A stretch of DNA of 64,000 nt. Origin: an uncultured virus (IMG/VR IMGVR_UViG_3300020056_000009) (Duplodnaviria > Heunggongvirae > Uroviricota > Caudoviricetes). The DNA lies in the IMG/VR virus record IMGVR_UViG_3300020056_000009, one strand, 5' to 3'. Below the pieces are notes generated by a model. That model worked only from the letters and a program-made list of their open reading frames with translations, was not told the DNA's origin and did no database searches. Below, one piece after another: positions 29,131-39,457 of the stretch; within the stretch, counting starts at the first letter, position 1, and each line of letters opens with the position of its first letter. A program made the position numbers and the translations under genes.

Positions 29131-29505
29131 ATGAGGATTATGTCTAAATTATCGTTTTTACAGGCGATAGTTTTTACAGTTTTCTTGATTATGGCGATGC
29201 AAGGCTTTATTTTAGGATATCTTTGGCGAGATGGTATTTTACCACCTGAACAAACAGGACAAGCCTTATCAGAATTATTAGCCATATGGGGTCCCTTTGC
29301 CATTTTATTAGATGTCGTTATTGCCGCTCCATTATTTTGGTGGTTTATTTCTAAGTTTCTCCCCCAAAAAGAAATTGTCAAGCCTATGGTTCCCATTGTG
29401 CCCCCCATGATAGACCTTCCTCAATTTATTCCTCCTCCTTATGACCCTACTTTACAAGAGGACACTCCCGAATCTCGATGGGAAGAATTATCTTGGTTAA
29501 GGTAA
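29131..29505 (+). CDS. membrane protein with Pro-rich tail
   Basis: Two hydrophobic segments. Confidence 0.75.
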   Translation: MRIMSKLSFLQAIVFTVFLIMAMQGFILGYLWRDGILPPEQTGQALSELLAIWGPFAILLDVVIAAPLFWWFISKFLPQKEIVKPMVPIVPPMIDLPQFIPPPYDPTLQEDTPESRWEELSWLR

Positions 29506-29537
29506 GTTATATATAGCAGAATGACTAATGGTTTTGC

Positions 29538-30014
29538 ATGGTAAATCAAGATCCGCAACCTGAGTTGTATACTACTCGCCATGTCTTTACTACCTCTAAT
29601 ACTACGGGCGATGTAGCCACTCAAACCATTTATACCAATCAGGCCAACAACGAAGAATGTCGTATTTATGCTATTTTGGTAGATATTTTAGATGAAAATG
29701 GAACTCCTGCCTCTACTTCTACTACTGATGTCGATTTTGGAATTACGATTCAAGTTGGACCCAACAATATCCCTACCAATGAGTTCGATGCCACCGTCAT
29801 TTGTTTCCGTGATGACAAGCAATTAGCCTTCCCGTCACCCATTTTGGCTCTTTTCCAACAACCTTTGGGTGTTCAAGTGAGCCTTAATTCTACGACGGGT
29901 GCTGCATTAGCGGCTCAAAGAACTGTGGTTGTCACTCTTGTGTCCGAATTAGCCATTCAAAAGCGTATTCCTCCCACCAATATCGCTTTCCGCAACCCAC
30001 AATACAAGCGATAG
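29538..30014 (+). CDS. putative structural beta-sandwich protein (paralogue of 30060..30533)
   Basis: NQDPQPE.YTTRH, YTNQANNEE, QVGPN, LFQQPL and ELAIQK are shared with the next gene. Confidence 0.7.
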   Translation: MVNQDPQPELYTTRHVFTTSNTTGDVATQTIYTNQANNEECRIYAILVDILDENGTPASTSTTDVDFGITIQVGPNNIPTNEFDATVICFRDDKQLAFPSPILALFQQPLGVQVSLNSTTGAALAAQRTVVVTLVSELAIQKRIPPTNIAFRNPQYKR

Positions 30015-30059
30015 ATATAAATAGTTGAACAGACAAAAAGATAATACAGGTGTTTTAAG

Positions 30060-30533
30060 ATGGCAAATCAAGATCCACAACCAGAAATTTATACCACTCG
30101 TCACAGTTTCGCTGCTGCTGCGGCGGCTGGAACTACCAACACGGTAACGGTATATACTAACCAAGCCAACAACGAAGAAGTTCGCATTTATGCAGTTGCA
30201 GTTCGTATTCTTGATGCTGCTGGCACAGCGGCTACCACAGACACCGATTTTGCTCTACAAGTTCAAGTCGGACCTAACTCCGTTCCTTCCAACCAATTCG
30301 ATATCGGTTGGCTTCATGACAACCTCCGCAACGGTGGTGCAGTCTTGGCTTTCAGCACCCCTGTTCTCGTGCTTTTCCAACAACCTCTTGCTATCAAGGT
30401 CGAGGCTAAGACGGCTCTCTCAGTAGGTGAAGCCCGAACTGTTGTCGTCGATCTTATCGGTGAACTCGCTATTCAAAAGGTGCTTTCAGGCGGTGCGGTT
30501 CAACACCCCTACAATGACGGCAACCCTGTTTGA
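30060..30533 (+). CDS. putative structural beta-sandwich protein
   Basis: Tandem paralogue of 29538..30014; own TATA plus an AGGTG SD. Confidence 0.7.
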   Translation: MANQDPQPEIYTTRHSFAAAAAAGTTNTVTVYTNQANNEEVRIYAVAVRILDAAGTAATTDTDFALQVQVGPNSVPSNQFDIGWLHDNLRNGGAVLAFSTPVLVLFQQPLAIKVEAKTALSVGEARTVVVDLIGELAIQKVLSGGAVQHPYNDGNPV

Positions 30534-30543
30534 GTAGGTATTT

Positions 30544-30810
30544 ATGACCCAAAATGACGATTTAGAGGGTCTAATTGAATTGGCTTTCTCTATGTCTATC
30601 GGAGAAGTAAAAGAGCATCTCAAATCGTATGGTCTTCCCGTTAGTGGTAAAAAAGATGACCTTTGTGCTCGTTTAGCATTTCAATGGTCTTTTTACGGAG
30701 ATCGTTGGGCTAAACAAAATAAACCTATGGGGGTTTCCGAATACGAGTTTTATATGTCTTTAGTTAGTCAAACTCCTCAAACCATCAATTATTGGCAACT
30801 TAAGATATAA
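30544..30810 (+). CDS. SAP-domain protein
   Basis: MSIGEVKEHLKSYGLPVSGKKDDLCARL fits the SAP motif. Confidence 0.75.
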   Translation: MTQNDDLEGLIELAFSMSIGEVKEHLKSYGLPVSGKKDDLCARLAFQWSFYGDRWAKQNKPMGVSEYEFYMSLVSQTPQTINYWQLKI

Positions 30811-30835
30811 ATAGTAGCGATGGGTATATCATCGC

Positions 30836-31537
30836 ATGGCAATTACCCGTCAGGCTTACGAGTGGCGTGGTGTAGTGCCTGAAGGCACCGTAGTTTCTAA
30901 AATCGGGCATCCTATTTTGGGTCGTTGGACTTCTGATGACGAAACTGCAGGTCGCACTTATTCTGAAACCATTGTGGTTCCCGATCTTCCTGCTGGCTCT
31001 CCCGTAGACATTTGGACCGGCGGGCGAGGAAATAATCTCAAAACTTCCGCCATGCTGAAAGCCGACCAATTAATTATTATTGATGGTTTAGCCTGTTGGC
31101 CTCCTGATGCTAACATCAATGTTTATGTAGACGATACTTATTATTTCGAGGCCCCGGATTATTCCTCTATCGATGGACTTACCGGCAACATGGTGCCCTT
31201 TCCTGAACCTAATGCTCGTAATATCTTTACTCACGAAGCCTTTCGTAATGGCTTATATCCACCCATTATTATTGAACCCGGATCTACTTGGGGTGTCTTT
31301 TGGTCACAAGATTCGGCTAACGGAACTTTTAATCCCACTTCTGATGACCAAATCCCCCGGGCCTTTGTCAGATATTTCTTGGTCGATGGACCTGATGTTT
31401 TAGTAGCCCAACAATTACAAAAATTAGGAATGCCACTTACGCTTAGAAATTTTGTTAGATACCGTCAAGACCTACTACGATGGCAAATTATGGGCGATTC
31501 TTATGTTTTTCGTGTTAATTCAGGAGAGGATTTCTGA
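30836..31537 (+). CDS. capsid-like family paralogue (minor capsid protein?)
   Basis: RQAYEW, WTGGRGNN, LYPPIIIEPG and YFLVDGPDVLVAQQLQKLG align with the 16209/16895 family. Confidence 0.65.
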   Translation: MAITRQAYEWRGVVPEGTVVSKIGHPILGRWTSDDETAGRTYSETIVVPDLPAGSPVDIWTGGRGNNLKTSAMLKADQLIIIDGLACWPPDANINVYVDDTYYFEAPDYSSIDGLTGNMVPFPEPNARNIFTHEAFRNGLYPPIIIEPGSTWGVFWSQDSANGTFNPTSDDQIPRAFVRYFLVDGPDVLVAQQLQKLGMPLTLRNFVRYRQDLLRWQIMGDSYVFRVNSGEDF

Positions 31538-32718
31538 TGCGACAATTAGCCTATTATTGGCGACTTCGTCCTGAAACCTTTGGTTACAATAATCAAGATT
31601 GGCCGGAACCTAAAATCCCGTTTTCTGTTTTTACCAGCCAATATGGATCTGCTGGAAAGCCTCAAGCCACCGATTATGCCTCTGCACAGCCCACAACCCT
31701 TTGGGAACAAAAACAAATTGCCTTTCTTCCACCGGTAAAATCTAATCAATTTATCGTTATCAATAATTTTGGTTCTACGCCCGGAGTGTTACCCAACCCT
31801 CAACGAATTACCGGATGTCGAACTTATCGATTATCTTTTTCTGTTACCGAAAGAACTACTAACACTTCCGCAGCCATTACTGGAATCACATTTACTGGCA
31901 CAGGCGGATCTGCCAAACCTACCTTTCCCCTGAGTTATTCGACGGCTTCAGAACTTAAAACCATTTTTGAAGACTTATTTCCTGTTCAAAATCCTACGGT
32001 GACCGTCACCGAAACTACGGGTTTAGATTTCAATACCTTTGCCATTACTATTGATTTCACGCTTTATGGTAGCAATCAACCCCGCCCCACACTTACTGTC
32101 AATTGGCAACCTTCTACTTTAGACCGAATTAGAACAGTTGATGCTGTTGGCACCTGTCAAGCCACTATTGATTTTATTGAAGGAGTCAAACCTAATGGTT
32201 TTGTGCAATTAGTTGTTAATGATACTCGTTATTTTAAAGAGCCTATTCATACTCAAGCCATAGGCATTTCGGGTGACGCCGCCCCCTTTCCTCACGAGGT
32301 TGGATTCCATGTGCCACAATGGTCACTTAAACCTAATTTTTATGTGCTTCCGGGTCAAACTTGGGATCTTCAATATACGGTTATGAATGATATTCCTGCC
32401 CTTAATGATTATATCAATTATCTTAATACTGCCCCATCACCTCCCGAACCCCCTGCTGAGTTTGGAACCTTTTGGACCTTTGCAGAAGTTTTTTGTAGTT
32501 ATTATCTTTTTGAAGATGCTGAAGCCATGATTTGTCATCAACTTCTCAAATTAGGAATTACGATTAATCCCGATTCAGTAATTTGGTATAAAAAACAAAT
32601 CCTGCAATCCGAAGGATTGGATACAGATACCTTTGAAGTTTACCTCGATTTGCAAAAGAAATGGGCTGAAAAGCAAAAACGATTAGAAAAACATTATCAT
32701 CGTGGCAGACCTAAGTAA
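31537..32718 (+). CDS. capsid-like family paralogue with a large internal insertion
   Basis: RQLAYYW, NQFIVI, VQLVVNDTRYF, FYVLPGQTW and LLKLGITINPDSVIWYK match the family; a T-rich insert of roughly 130 aa lies inside. Confidence 0.65.
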   Translation: MRQLAYYWRLRPETFGYNNQDWPEPKIPFSVFTSQYGSAGKPQATDYASAQPTTLWEQKQIAFLPPVKSNQFIVINNFGSTPGVLPNPQRITGCRTYRLSFSVTERTTNTSAAITGITFTGTGGSAKPTFPLSYSTASELKTIFEDLFPVQNPTVTVTETTGLDFNTFAITIDFTLYGSNQPRPTLTVNWQPSTLDRIRTVDAVGTCQATIDFIEGVKPNGFVQLVVNDTRYFKEPIHTQAIGISGDAAPFPHEVGFHVPQWSLKPNFYVLPGQTWDLQYTVMNDIPALNDYINYLNTAPSPPEPPAEFGTFWTFAEVFCSYYLFEDAEAMICHQLLKLGITINPDSVIWYKKQILQSEGLDTDTFEVYLDLQKKWAEKQKRLEKHYHRGRPK

Positions 32719-32750
32719 ACTATAAATAGTAGTGCAGACAAAGTGATACT

Positions 32751-33689
32751 ATGACTACGGGAGATCGAATCCGTGATATCAAGCGTCCTTATCGCAAAAA
32801 AGCCTTTCAGAATGGCTATGCTCAATCAGGAAATGCTGTAATCAACCATCCTGTGCCTTACCACAGTTACGCTACTGACACCCACCAAGCCACCCAAGTT
32901 GTGCGTCCCGGGGTAGACCCTGCTACCTATCAACGCCCTACTCGACCTGTGGCTGATGTCGGTTTATCAGGAGTTCCACTTGATTATAGCAATTATCCTT
33001 GGCACATGGTATCGAAAGGTGATTCTGCCAATCTAATTCAACGCCAAAAAGTAACTTGGTCGGCAATTAGCACTTATGATGCTGACGGGACTTTGGCTGG
33101 TGCCGGATTTCTTGATGACTCCTACATTGATGCCGTCGTGGTCAATGTGGCTGATGTGCTCGGTGACAATACTTGGCGGGACTCTACTTCTGACGGAATT
33201 CTTGACCAAGTAGTTGCTCGTAGTTTTTCAGGTTCTAATCCTGCCCCTCGTGCCCCGCAAATCCCACCCATTACGGGTAATGTAAGTGGTGGCGGATCTT
33301 CCAGCACACCTCGTTTCCCCACCGGCGGTGGTAGCACCGCTGCGGCTGTTTCAGGAACTACTTCTGGCGGAAGCACCGGAGAGTTATACATTATTGGTGG
33401 TTTTGGTCACGCTGAAGCCTCTACGACTTTGACTGGATTAACCTATCAAATTTGGATTGATGGAGTTTTGTTTATGCAATGGAATGACTTCCAATGGGCT
33501 CCTACGGCACCTAAGCGAGATCTTTGGGACTTCGATGTTCCTTTGGTAGTTGAACGCCAAATTGTTTTCCGAGTTATCAACGAAACAGGCTCTACTATTA
33601 ACACCGGTGAAATGGACGCTATCTTTGCCGGATGGAGCGAACAGCGTGATGGCTACACCGATGTTTCTCGTCAAAAGTTAGAATCTTGA
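32751..33689 (+). CDS. putative structural protein, beta-rich C-terminal domain
   Basis: TATA at -30; G/S/T linker; DFDVPLVVERQIVFRVIN. Confidence 0.65.
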   Translation: MTTGDRIRDIKRPYRKKAFQNGYAQSGNAVINHPVPYHSYATDTHQATQVVRPGVDPATYQRPTRPVADVGLSGVPLDYSNYPWHMVSKGDSANLIQRQKVTWSAISTYDADGTLAGAGFLDDSYIDAVVVNVADVLGDNTWRDSTSDGILDQVVARSFSGSNPAPRAPQIPPITGNVSGGGSSSTPRFPTGGGSTAAAVSGTTSGGSTGELYIIGGFGHAEASTTLTGLTYQIWIDGVLFMQWNDFQWAPTAPKRDLWDFDVPLVVERQIVFRVINETGSTINTGEMDAIFAGWSEQRDGYTDVSRQKLES

Positions 33690-33701
33690 TGGTGATAACC
33701 T

Positions 33702-34004
33702 ATGGGTGATCCAAACATCTTTTCCGGATACACTCCGGCCTCTATGGTAAAAGGTTATTCTCGTCGTGCGGCAATTACCATCCCTGCAGGGCCTATTGTT
33801 TCCGTAGTAGTTCCTGATGCCAATGTTACGGCTGATAACATAATTTTGTTTTCCGTAGAAAACCAAGATGCTAACATTACGCTTGATAATCCTGCTATCT
33901 TTATTAGCAGTCGATCAGCAGGCACTTCCTTTACGCTTACTTTAGTAGGCACAGCCGCCGCTGAAGGCACTCTTCACATCAATTATCTTCTCGTAGAGTC
34001 GTAG
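33702..34004 (+). CDS. small beta-rich structural protein
   Basis: GGTGA SD; AITIPAG..VTADNIILFS..GTSFTL..INYLLV pattern. Confidence 0.65.
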   Translation: MGDPNIFSGYTPASMVKGYSRRAAITIPAGPIVSVVVPDANVTADNIILFSVENQDANITLDNPAIFISSRSAGTSFTLTLVGTAAAEGTLHINYLLVES

Positions 34005-34380
34005 GTGGAATATACTTATTTTCGATTTCTCGAAGCGATTGAATTTCTATGGTTCCTCGTGCCGTAGTCCACGCCACATCACTTACGCCTTCGGATTTCA
34101 TAAATTCAATGCAATTAGCACACGGTTTGGCTAATCCATAAGATCCGTCGGCACGAAATCGGGCTACAACCACCGTGCAACCACGACCCCGGCGTTTTTG
34201 ATATCGTAGTTGGCGAAGAGCATCCACTTCGGCATGAAGACTACACCCTCGATAACCCTTTTTATTGTTGCCAATAGCGATAGGGCGTCCGCCTCGAACT
34301 ACCATGGCAGCCATAGGAACCCGACAATTGCTTTCCTCTTGGGCATCTCGCAGTTTTTCAACCAAAAGATCGAATCTCAT
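33979..34380 (-). CDS. cytidine/deoxycytidylate deaminase-like zinc protein
   Basis: HAE and PCxxC zinc motifs (SLHAEVDAL, AKPCANC). The likely start is MRFDLL at 34380, about 31 nt from TTATAAGGG. Confidence 0.85.
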   Translation of the reverse strand: MRFDLLVEKLRDAQEESNCRVPMAAMVVRGGRPIAIGNNKKGYRGCSLHAEVDALRQLRYQKRRGRGCTVVVARFRADGSYGLAKPCANCIEFMKSEGVSDVAWTTARGTIEIQSLREIENKYIPPTTLREDN

Positions 34381-34444
34381 TATTATCAATAAATCGTTGT
34401 TACCCTTATAAACTTTTATATAGTCGAATAGAGAACCAAAAGAC

Positions 34445-35284
34445 ATGGGTATTGATGTTTCGGGTTACACCGGAATCAGACCGGGTTTTACAGGTCTAAA
34501 TTATGCCACCAATTCTGGAGATTTCTTAATTGAAGTTGCTAAAGGCAACATTTCCGGACACTCTTTAGTCTTTAAATATGGTCGCAATCCCGATGTTGAT
34601 TCAGGTTCAGATCCCGAAGAAGTTTGGACTTATGGTGGCACTTATACTTATCCCACTTCGGCGGCTATTAATTATATTTCTTCTTCCGATAATAGTGATA
34701 CGCAAACCATTACTGTGGAAGGTTTAGATGCTGATTATAACCCACAATCAATTACCGTCACTTTGGCAGGAAATACTAAAACTCAGATCGGCACGGGAGA
34801 AACATGGCTACGAGTTTATCGAGCCTATAATTCTGACTCTACGGAGGTCGCAGGCACAATTTATATTTACGAAGATGATACTACCACCACTCCCGGAGTT
34901 CCCGATACTCCTTCAAAAGTTAAAGCCCAAATCTTGCCTGCGGACCAACAAACTTATATGGCTCTATGGACGGTTCCCTCAGGTCACACCGCCTTTTTCT
35001 TAGGTGGGGCAATCAGTATTACTACCGGTGCTTCAGCAGCCAAGGCTGCCTTTGTAGAACTACGATTTAGATTAGAAGACAAAATCTTTCGTTCTGCCGA
35101 ATTAATTGGTATTGCTTCTACTGGCTCCTCTACCTTTACTCAAGATCTTCATGCTATTGGTCCGGTTAGTTTTCCCGAAAAAACAGATATCCAAGCCCGA
35201 GTCCGAGAAGTAACTGCTAACGATACTGGTGTATCTGCCTATTTTTCGATTCTACTCATTGAAAATGAATACCTCAACATATAA
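34445..35284 (+). CDS. putative virion structural protein
   Basis: TATA at -30; beta-rich, T/S-rich; KYGRNPDVD, ITVEGLD and FPEKTDI motifs recalled from viral structural proteins. Confidence 0.65.
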   Translation: MGIDVSGYTGIRPGFTGLNYATNSGDFLIEVAKGNISGHSLVFKYGRNPDVDSGSDPEEVWTYGGTYTYPTSAAINYISSSDNSDTQTITVEGLDADYNPQSITVTLAGNTKTQIGTGETWLRVYRAYNSDSTEVAGTIYIYEDDTTTTPGVPDTPSKVKAQILPADQQTYMALWTVPSGHTAFFLGGAISITTGASAAKAAFVELRFRLEDKIFRSAELIGIASTGSSTFTQDLHAIGPVSFPEKTDIQARVREVTANDTGVSAYFSILLIENEYLNI

Positions 35285-35320
35285 ATAGTTGTGAGGGTTA
35301 TATATCCATAGGGATACTTT

Positions 35321-36175
35321 ATGGTTCGTGCTAACACAGGTAAGAAGTTCACCGGAACTACTTTGGTGACTTCAGGCGGTGGTGGCAGTTCTTTTAATCT
35401 TACCGTCGAGGAACAGGATGGCACACCTTCCGTATCCAATGTTAATACTATTCGAGTTACCAACGGCACTCTTACCGATGAAGGTGGTGGCGTAGTATCA
35501 ATTACCACAGGCGGTGGCGGTGGTGGCGGAAGCCCCGGCGGACCCACAGGTGCCGTGCAATACAACAATGGTGTTACTTTTGCAGGATCTTCTCAATTTG
35601 TTTATGACTCCACTAATTTTAGAGTTGGTATTGGAACTACCACTCCTGCCAGAAAATTAGATGTTAAAGAAACTACGACTCAACTAAGATTAGATTATGA
35701 CGGCACCGAATATACCGATATTTATTCCGATTCAGCAGGAGAACTGCAAATTGTTCCCACCGGCGGTGTAGTTATTCAACCTACGGCACTTAATAGCAAT
35801 AATCGTCATGCGTCTTATCTATTAGATGCTTTTACGGTTGATGCCACCCCAACTAATATGGATCTTAAACCCGGTTCCGGCGATATGGTTTTATCAACTA
35901 ATTCTACTTGGTTTTTTGATGCCCTCGTGGTTGGAAAACAAGATGCTTCTGCTAATTCTATTACGGTTAAATTAGAAGGTTGTATTGTTAGAGAGGCTGG
36001 CTCGGCGGCTATTCAAGGTGCGGTTTTCAAATTTGTAGTCAATGATGCTTCTTTGGGAACTTGGGATATTGATGCTATCGCCTCGGGAAATAATTTAGAA
36101 ATTCAAGTTACAGGTGGAGCAGGCACCACAATTGATTGGACGGCCCATGTTCGAACTACTGAAGTGCAAGACTAA
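35321..36175 (+). CDS. fibre/spike-like protein
   Basis: Gly tracts, PGGPTGAVQYNNG and RVGIGTTTP motifs typical of fibre proteins. Confidence 0.7.
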   Translation: MVRANTGKKFTGTTLVTSGGGGSSFNLTVEEQDGTPSVSNVNTIRVTNGTLTDEGGGVVSITTGGGGGGGSPGGPTGAVQYNNGVTFAGSSQFVYDSTNFRVGIGTTTPARKLDVKETTTQLRLDYDGTEYTDIYSDSAGELQIVPTGGVVIQPTALNSNNRHASYLLDAFTVDATPTNMDLKPGSGDMVLSTNSTWFFDALVVGKQDASANSITVKLEGCIVREAGSAAIQGAVFKFVVNDASLGTWDIDAIASGNNLEIQVTGGAGTTIDWTAHVRTTEVQD

Positions 36176-36215
36176 TTTAGATAAATATATATAGTCGATT
36201 AAACAAAAGCATACT

Positions 36216-38111
36216 ATGGCAAAGATTACGCAGACCTCAGACTATTATCAAATTGATGGTGATGCTGGTGGCACAGGTGTTATCCAAATTAATGGAACCA
36301 CGGCTACCACCACTATTACAGGTGCTGCAACGGTTACTAATGGTATGACTATTGATGCTGGAGGTTTGACCGTTACGGCAGACGGAGCCACTATTACGGC
36401 AGGTGGATTAACCGTTACTGCAGGTGGAGCCACAATTACAGCAGGTAATTTTGAAGTTACGGCAGGAGATGTTACTTTTGGAAGTCTTAATTCCGTAGGT
36501 TTGATGACTACAAATGGTTCAGGTCAGGTCGGAACGACTACAACCACGAATGGTTCGGTGTTATCTGGTTCTGCAGCAGCAGGATTTACCGAGATCGCCG
36601 CAGGAACAGGAGGTAACTTTTTAGTTGATTCGGGAACGGCTTTTGCTTCAGTAGCCGCTTCAGGAGATTTAACGCTTTCTTCAGCAGGTGTTTTGACGGC
36701 TGTTGAAGCCATGATTACCAATAAATCTTTGGACGCAGGGCCTGTTTCGGATTCTGATGAAATCTTGTTATCTGATGGTTCGGGAACTATCAAGCGAATG
36801 ACCCGTGGTGTCTTTGTTGCTGGTGTCGCAGGAAGTCCCGGTGGTTCCAACACCCAAATCCAATACAACAATGCTGGTGCCTTCGGAGGAGACTCTGGAT
36901 TCACTACCGATGGTTCAGGAAACTTAACAGTTACTGGTGGTTCTGCCACTATGTCAGGCTCTACACTTACCATTGATTCTGGTTTAGTCGCAACTGGTTT
37001 TGATGTTGATGCCGATGTTCCCAACTATCAGATTTTGGCTACTTTGGGTTCTTCCGTCCCCTCAGAACTAATTATTGGTGATACCCTCAGTCAGAACTTT
37101 ACTCTCAAGGTCAAAAACCTAACTGTTGATGGAACTTTAACCTATATTGATACTACTAACCTTCGTGTTGAAGATGCTCTTATTGATATTAACTCTACTT
37201 CTTCTGGAACAGGTGTTGGTTCTAACGCTGGTGCAGGTCTAAATATTCTCTCCAACGGTAGTGGTGGTGCTAACACGATTACCTTTACGGCTGTCAGCGA
37301 TGGTGGACCTCTCCGATCTTCCTCCGGATTGTCGGTGGCTACTGGAACCGGCTACGATGTCAATGGAACTTCAGTCTTGACGGCTACTACCCTTGGCTCT
37401 ACTGTCGTAAACTCTTCGCTTACCAGCGTCGGCACTATCGGCACAGGAACTTGGGAGGGAACAGTCATTGCTGCTGATTATGGTGGCACAGGACAAGATT
37501 TCTCGGCTTCCAGCGGTGCTATCTCCGTATCTTCAGGAACCTTTTCAGCAGGCACTCTTAGCGTAGCCAACGGAGGAACAGGTGCTACCACTCTTACCGA
37601 TGGTGGTATCCTGCTTGGCTCTGGCACAGCCGCTATTACGGCTACGGCACAACCTACTGACGGACAACTTCTGATTGGTTCCACAGGTGGAGATCCAGTA
37701 TTAGCAACTCTTACTGCAGGTGATGGTGTTACCATTACTAACGCTTCTGGAGCAATTACTATTGATGCTTCCGCAGGTTCTAAGGTAACTGGAACTTATT
37801 CAGGTGCCTCCACTACAATTTCAGTCGCAATTCCGGCTGGAACAGATACCAATGTAGCCTTTGACGCTGTGGTTTATCTTGAAGATGATACTACTCCTGC
37901 TAACTCTGCTATGGTTACTATTCAAGGAATCGTCAATCGAAGCAACGGAACACCACTTACCCCTGATTTCACCTTTATTGTTGTCCCCGGAACTGATGGT
38001 GACAAAGTATCTTTGGGAACTTCAGGAACTACCAATCTTCAAATTGATATTGGCGATGTTTCTGCTCGCACAGGAACCTATGTGGTCACAGTTGAATGGA
38101 CTGAGAATTGA
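36216..38111 (+). CDS. long fibre/spike protein
   Basis: 631 aa, G/T/A/S-rich; GGLTVTAGGATITAG repeats, PGGSNTQIQYNNAG, NSSLTSVGT, VANGGTGATTL. Confidence 0.75.
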   Translation: MAKITQTSDYYQIDGDAGGTGVIQINGTTATTTITGAATVTNGMTIDAGGLTVTADGATITAGGLTVTAGGATITAGNFEVTAGDVTFGSLNSVGLMTTNGSGQVGTTTTTNGSVLSGSAAAGFTEIAAGTGGNFLVDSGTAFASVAASGDLTLSSAGVLTAVEAMITNKSLDAGPVSDSDEILLSDGSGTIKRMTRGVFVAGVAGSPGGSNTQIQYNNAGAFGGDSGFTTDGSGNLTVTGGSATMSGSTLTIDSGLVATGFDVDADVPNYQILATLGSSVPSELIIGDTLSQNFTLKVKNLTVDGTLTYIDTTNLRVEDALIDINSTSSGTGVGSNAGAGLNILSNGSGGANTITFTAVSDGGPLRSSSGLSVATGTGYDVNGTSVLTATTLGSTVVNSSLTSVGTIGTGTWEGTVIAADYGGTGQDFSASSGAISVSSGTFSAGTLSVANGGTGATTLTDGGILLGSGTAAITATAQPTDGQLLIGSTGGDPVLATLTAGDGVTITNASGAITIDASAGSKVTGTYSGASTTISVAIPAGTDTNVAFDAVVYLEDDTTPANSAMVTIQGIVNRSNGTPLTPDFTFIVVPGTDGDKVSLGTSGTTNLQIDIGDVSARTGTYVVTVEWTEN

Positions 38112-38149
38112 TGAATAACTACTTATAGTAGTGATGACAATATCATTCT

Positions 38150-39457
38150 ATGGCACAGTTTTCGCAACGAATTATTGGTGGCAACACCTTAATCGTTGTA
38201 GACAATGATTTTACTTTTGTAGTCGATACTACCAATAATCGAGTGGGTGTCAAAACTACCAATCCGCTTTATGTTTTAGATGTTGATGGTGATATCAGAT
38301 CTACAGGTAACATTTATGCTAATACAGATCTTTTGGTCTCCGGACAGATTTCAGCCAACGGCACAGGAGATTCACTTTTAGTGGCCGATACACTCCGAAT
38401 CGCTCAAACCGGTTCCGGTCTTCGAATGACCAATGTAGGTGCCTTTGATAACGACGGCTCAAACAACTTCCGAATCTTTGGAACTAATGATTTGATTTTG
38501 GCGGCTAATGGGGAAACCGGCACAGCCATTACTATTGATGCTGCGGCTCAAGATGTTACTATTTCCAACGATCTTCGGGTGGGCACCGGTGCTTTCTATA
38601 TTAACAGCACTCAACTTACTGCTACGGCTACCGAACTTAACCAATTAGACGGCGTAACTCTCGGCACCGCCGCTTCCGCTAACACCGGAGACTTTGCGAC
38701 AGCAGCCCAAGGTGCTTTGGCTGATACGGCTTTACAAGTTGTGACCGCAGATGGAGTTACCATTACGGGAGATGGAACACCCGGAAACCCTCTCGTAGCC
38801 GCAGGCGGTGGTGGAGGGACTCCCGGAGGCAATCCCGGAGATGTTCAAGTCAATGATGGTGCAGGCGGTTTTGGAGCCGCTTCCAACCTTCAAGATGTGG
38901 CCTATCTTCAAACCGTAGCCACCGATGGAACCACGATTACGGGCGACGGTGCGGGAACGCCACTTTCTGCCCCAACCGATTTCCTATATTTGAACCCCGG
39001 CCCCGCACAGACAGGGCCAACATCTATGGACTTGGGGGCGAAGACTTCATGGAACCCCCTTGATAAATTCGTGGTTGCCTCTTCGGGAGGATTAGCGGCT
39101 CCGACTTACAACGCACCCCTCGGTCAAATCACCATCAATGCGGCAGGGACTTATGAAATGGTTCTCAGCATCGTTTTTAGGAACACCGGGGCGGGTTGGT
39201 CTTCAACGACCATCGGAACAAACTATACTCGATTATGGGTCACACGGGGGCCGACGACTGAAAACGGGCCTGTTCGTCAAGCGTGGTCTTCTTCGGACAC
39301 GAATACATTGGTTCGGATCGTGGACTTGCAGGTGGGCGACATCGTGACGCCCGTTATCTATTGGAACATTACGGGGTTCACGACCATGACGGGCTATGAG
39401 ATTTCACCCACTTCGGTAAATTATCAAAACTATTGCTACATTAGGAGGATTGCTTGA
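38150..39457 (+). CDS. fibre/receptor-binding protein
   Basis: RVGVKTTNP..LDVDG, FATAAQGALADTALQ and DGTTITGDG repeats; C1q-like C-terminal head (ITINAAGTYEM..LQVGDIV). Confidence 0.7.
   Translation: MAQFSQRIIGGNTLIVVDNDFTFVVDTTNNRVGVKTTNPLYVLDVDGDIRSTGNIYANTDLLVSGQISANGTGDSLLVADTLRIAQTGSGLRMTNVGAFDNDGSNNFRIFGTNDLILAANGETGTAITIDAAAQDVTISNDLRVGTGAFYINSTQLTATATELNQLDGVTLGTAASANTGDFATAAQGALADTALQVVTADGVTITGDGTPGNPLVAAGGGGGTPGGNPGDVQVNDGAGGFGAASNLQDVAYLQTVATDGTTITGDGAGTPLSAPTDFLYLNPGPAQTGPTSMDLGAKTSWNPLDKFVVASSGGLAAPTYNAPLGQITINAAGTYEMVLSIVFRNTGAGWSSTTIGTNYTRLWVTRGPTTENGPVRQAWSSSDTNTLVRIVDLQVGDIVTPVIYWNITGFTTMTGYEISPTSVNYQNYCYIRRIA

Noticed and set aside
33979..34446. ORF-track N-terminal extensions (also 60304..60975, 60815..63049, 41271..41564)
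   Set aside because: The extensions run through promoter boxes or neighbouring genes; internal ATGs fit the 30-31 nt TATA spacing.
35321..39457. Fibre genes as proof of a tailed (Caudoviricetes) virus
   Set aside because: Such fibre repeats are shared across virus types. No tape measure, tail tube, portal or terminase was recognisable in this window, though they could lie outside it.
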